Shown in pieces: positions 60,991 to 64,000 of a stretch of 64,000 nucleotides of DNA. The notes under the pieces are model-generated. The model searched no databases. It was not told the origin of the DNA and worked only from the letters and a program-made list of their open reading frames with translations. Every line of letters begins with the position of its first letter. The first letter of the stretch is position 1. The position numbers and the translations under genes were made by a program. The stretch covers positions 40,920,001 through 40,984,000 of the forward strand of contig CM075977.1 in assembly GCA_038087875.1 (NCBI GenBank). The letters run 5' to 3'. The stretch comes from Malacoraja senta (Eukaryota).

Positions 60991-63023
60991 GCAATGACTG
61001 CTGCATTAAGTGCTCAAATTTTCCTAAAGTCAATGAAAGAACGCAAAACTGAAGGCAACAAGCGATGCAAGAAGGAACCGAATGTCCAGAGTTTCGACAC
61101 TTTTGTTGATTGCTCCACAGTTCAACAAGGGATGTTTAACACAGCAATCACATTTCTGCACACAAAAGTTTAAAATGCTGCCTCAGAAAAAACTTCAAGG
61201 ACACATTAAGTGACATGTAAAATCTTGCCAGTTGCATTTGATTTTTGGATAGAAAGTTGCTGGAGCAGTTCTCATGCTTCATGATAAAGCTTGCAGATGG
61301 ATTATTTGCTGCAAGATATAAAACCACAGGCTTCCACATCTAGGGTATATCTATCAGGTACAGGTCAATTGTTGAGTCAATTATTGAGTAAATGATGATT
61401 GCCGAGATTTTGATGTTTGAGGATTTGGTGTTGGTAATGGCATTGAGTATCAAGGTTATGTGGTTAATTTCTGCCTTGTGGAAAATTATCGTTACTTTTT
61501 CTGTTTGACATGAGTGTTACTTTCCACTTTGGTCTATTGTCGAGTTATTTTGTTTGTAAGCATTGACTGCATTTTCTCAGGAGTTGCAGTGGAATTGAAA
61601 ATTCTGTAACCATCAGTGAATATCAACTTCTGATCTTAAGATGGATGAAAGGTCAGTATTTGAAATTATTTTGGACCGTGCATTGTTTTTTTTATCCTTG
61701 ATACAAAGTTACTTTAGTTTTTTCAGAATGCCCTAATACCATTCAAATGCTGCCTTTTTTTCTAGAGCTGTCACTGTCGCCTCATTTCTGGATCCGAGAT
61801 ATTTAGACTGAACATCTTTGGGATCTGCGAGAAATAAATGAAGGACAGTAGGGAACAAGCAACACAACAAGAAATTGATAGAAAACACCTAAATTGGTAT
61901 ATGATAGCAAATCTCCTTTTTATTTGTATGTTGACGGATTGACAGATAGAAGTTTATAAATATCTATATTGTAATAAATATCTCCTTTTTTAAAATTCAT
62001 GCCCAGAAGCAGGAGCAAACAAGTTGCAGGATGGTCAATGGACACTGTAAAGAGATGTTGAGAAGCAGTATGGAGCAGGTGAACAAGAGACATAACAAGA
62101 AAGGACTGAACCTCTTGAGGATCTTCAAAAATTAATGGAAGTTTGCATGGAACAAGAGACACAACAATAAGCTTCCAAATTACATACAAAATGGTACATA
62201 ATTGTGTAATGTTTTTTTAAAATTATAAGTAAATGCATTTATATATATAATTGTCTTTAGAAGTTTATAAATGTCTACAATAGATGAAATTACCGTTACA
62301 AGTTTATGAATATCTACATCGTGATAAATATCTTTCTCTTTTTTTACAGGATGCAAAGAGATGGGAGCAATCGAGTTGCTGGATGTTCAAGGAACAACAC
62401 AAAGCAACGTTGAGAAGCAGAACGGCACAAGAGACGAGAGGAAGTTGCCAAAATACAGCCAGATCTAAATGTCTTTAGAAGTTTATAAATATCTACAAAA
62501 GATAAATTGTCCTTTTTATTCATATGTTATTGGCTTCATAGAAGGAATGAAGACGCAACAAGAAATAACGTTAGAAATTTCTCCAAAAAAAGGAATTCAA
62601 GACAAAAGTAATGAACAGCCGTGACAAGAGAAACAATGTCTCGAGGGTCAATGAGAAAGAACACAAAACAGAGGGGAGCAAGAGACCCAAGAAGAAATAA
62701 CTGAATATGTCGAGGATCAACGAGAAAGAACACAAAGCATGGAGCAAGAGACACAACAAAAATGAACATAACTGAATACATTTTATATTTACCATTTAAA
62801 TTGTTGTATTTTAAGTTATTTACATTTTAAGATTTAATAAATCACTTTTCCACTTGCAGCGCCTGCCAGCCACTATCTCTCTGCTCTCTCTCTCTTTGAT
62901 CTTATCTTTTTCTCTGCCCTCTCTCTCTCTCTTCCACTCTGTCTGTGCACACTCTGCCCCCCCCTCTAGACGCACCTGAGAGGTGAGGGCTATTCGTCAG
63001 TGGATAGGGTGGAGATGGGATAA

Positions 63024-64000
63024 ATAATATCAGATCATGCTGCGACCTCCCTTGATCTTCATTTTCGTAAATGAACTAACCCCTTTAAGTGGAGGTTCAA
63101 CTCCTCACTATTAGCAGAGGCTCACTACATGCAATTCTTGCACTCCCAAATCACCCTATATTTTGAGCTGAATGACTCGCCGGACATAGAAAGAGGTATA
63201 CTTTGGGAAGCTTCAAACGCCTATATTAGGGGCCAACTCATTTCTTTTATCTCCAACCTAAAAAGAACCGAGACGTTCCAAACGGCAGATCTGTTGTAAA
63301 AAATAAAGGACATTGATGACAAATATGCATCTGACCCAAACCCTAACCTCTTTAGAGTACGCCTTAGACTACAAACAGACTTTGACCTAATATCCATTAA
63401 TAAAGCCAAACTACAACTGCTTAAATCTAGGCAACACTTTTTTGAATCTGGGGATAAAGCCGGAAAGCTTTTGGCCCATCAGGCCAGAAGAGAGGCGACT
63501 TCACGGCTAATTCCAGCCATTAGATCCAGCTCAGGGGAGACTCATACTGATCCTCTCAGAATTAATGAAGCATTTGCTAAATTCTACACTGAACTATACA
63601 CTTCCGACTGTCCCCCCACTGCAGGTGACATGTTGAGTAGTATGACGCTTCCTCGAATTGACGAAGAAGCCATGAGCGACTTGGGTGGTCCCATAACTAG
63701 CTGAAGTCCAAGCAGCCATCACATCGCTGCAAAGCGGAAAGTCACCCGGCCCTGACGGCTTCTCTGTAGAATATTACAAAGCTTTCTCTGACCTCCTCGC
63801 ACCAGTCCTGAGAGATATGTACAATGAGGCGTTTTTACATCGTCGCCTACCGCCCACCTTGTCGTGGGCTACCATCTCCCTAATTCTTAAAAAGGAGAAA
63901 GATCCCCTGCTTTGTGGTAGCTATAGACCAATCTCACTCCTGAATGTGGACCTCAAAATCCTTTTTAAAGCCCTTGCGCTTCGTCTTCAGCGAGTGATGC
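63024..64000 (+). mobile_element. L1-clade LINE ORF2 fragment (end of endonuclease to start of RT), with stops; continues past the window
   Basis: IISDH, WRFNSSLL, LWEA..AYIRG, ESGDKAGKLLA, KSPGPDGF, SYRPISLLNVDLKIL. Confidence 0.92.

Noticed and set aside
62960-62975. CTAG as the 3' end of the large Helitron
   Set aside because: No preceding GC hairpin and not followed by T; the real end is probably beyond the L1 insertion.
47820-64000. AVL9 exons 1-2
   Set aside because: No match to VVVGFHHKKG or LPFLALPDGAHN found by eye; probably outside the window or in a gap.

Overview
Eukaryotic (vertebrate) genomic DNA with two assembly gaps. It is most likely a cartilaginous fish (skate/ray/shark), inferred from HE1-like V-SINEs and HER1/CR1-like LINEs. 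The backbone is the middle of the AVL9 gene on the minus strand: 11 coding exons with GT-AG boundaries, matching approximately human exons 3-13, between 211 and 47817. Exons 1-2 and the 3' exons were not found in the window. The introns are packed with transposable elements: (1) a 5'-truncated young L1 with poly(A) and a perfect TSD; (2) many CR1 and Rex1/Babar LINE fragments; (3) Penelope-like elements carrying minimal hammerhead ribozyme motifs; (4) a structurally complete but frameshifted DIRS1 tyrosine-recombinase retrotransposon; (5) a miniature LTR element; (6) Harbinger-like and hAT MITEs; (7) a Tc1 fragment; (8) a precisely bounded non-autonomous Helitron; (9) a Helitron with an uninterrupted ~1640-codon Rep/Helicase ORF. 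The least explained signal is a group of GC-rich non-coding retroposons that share a covarying structured head but end in different LINE-type tails. There is no CRISPR array, rRNA or prokaryotic system. All family assignments come from motif recognition, not database searches.
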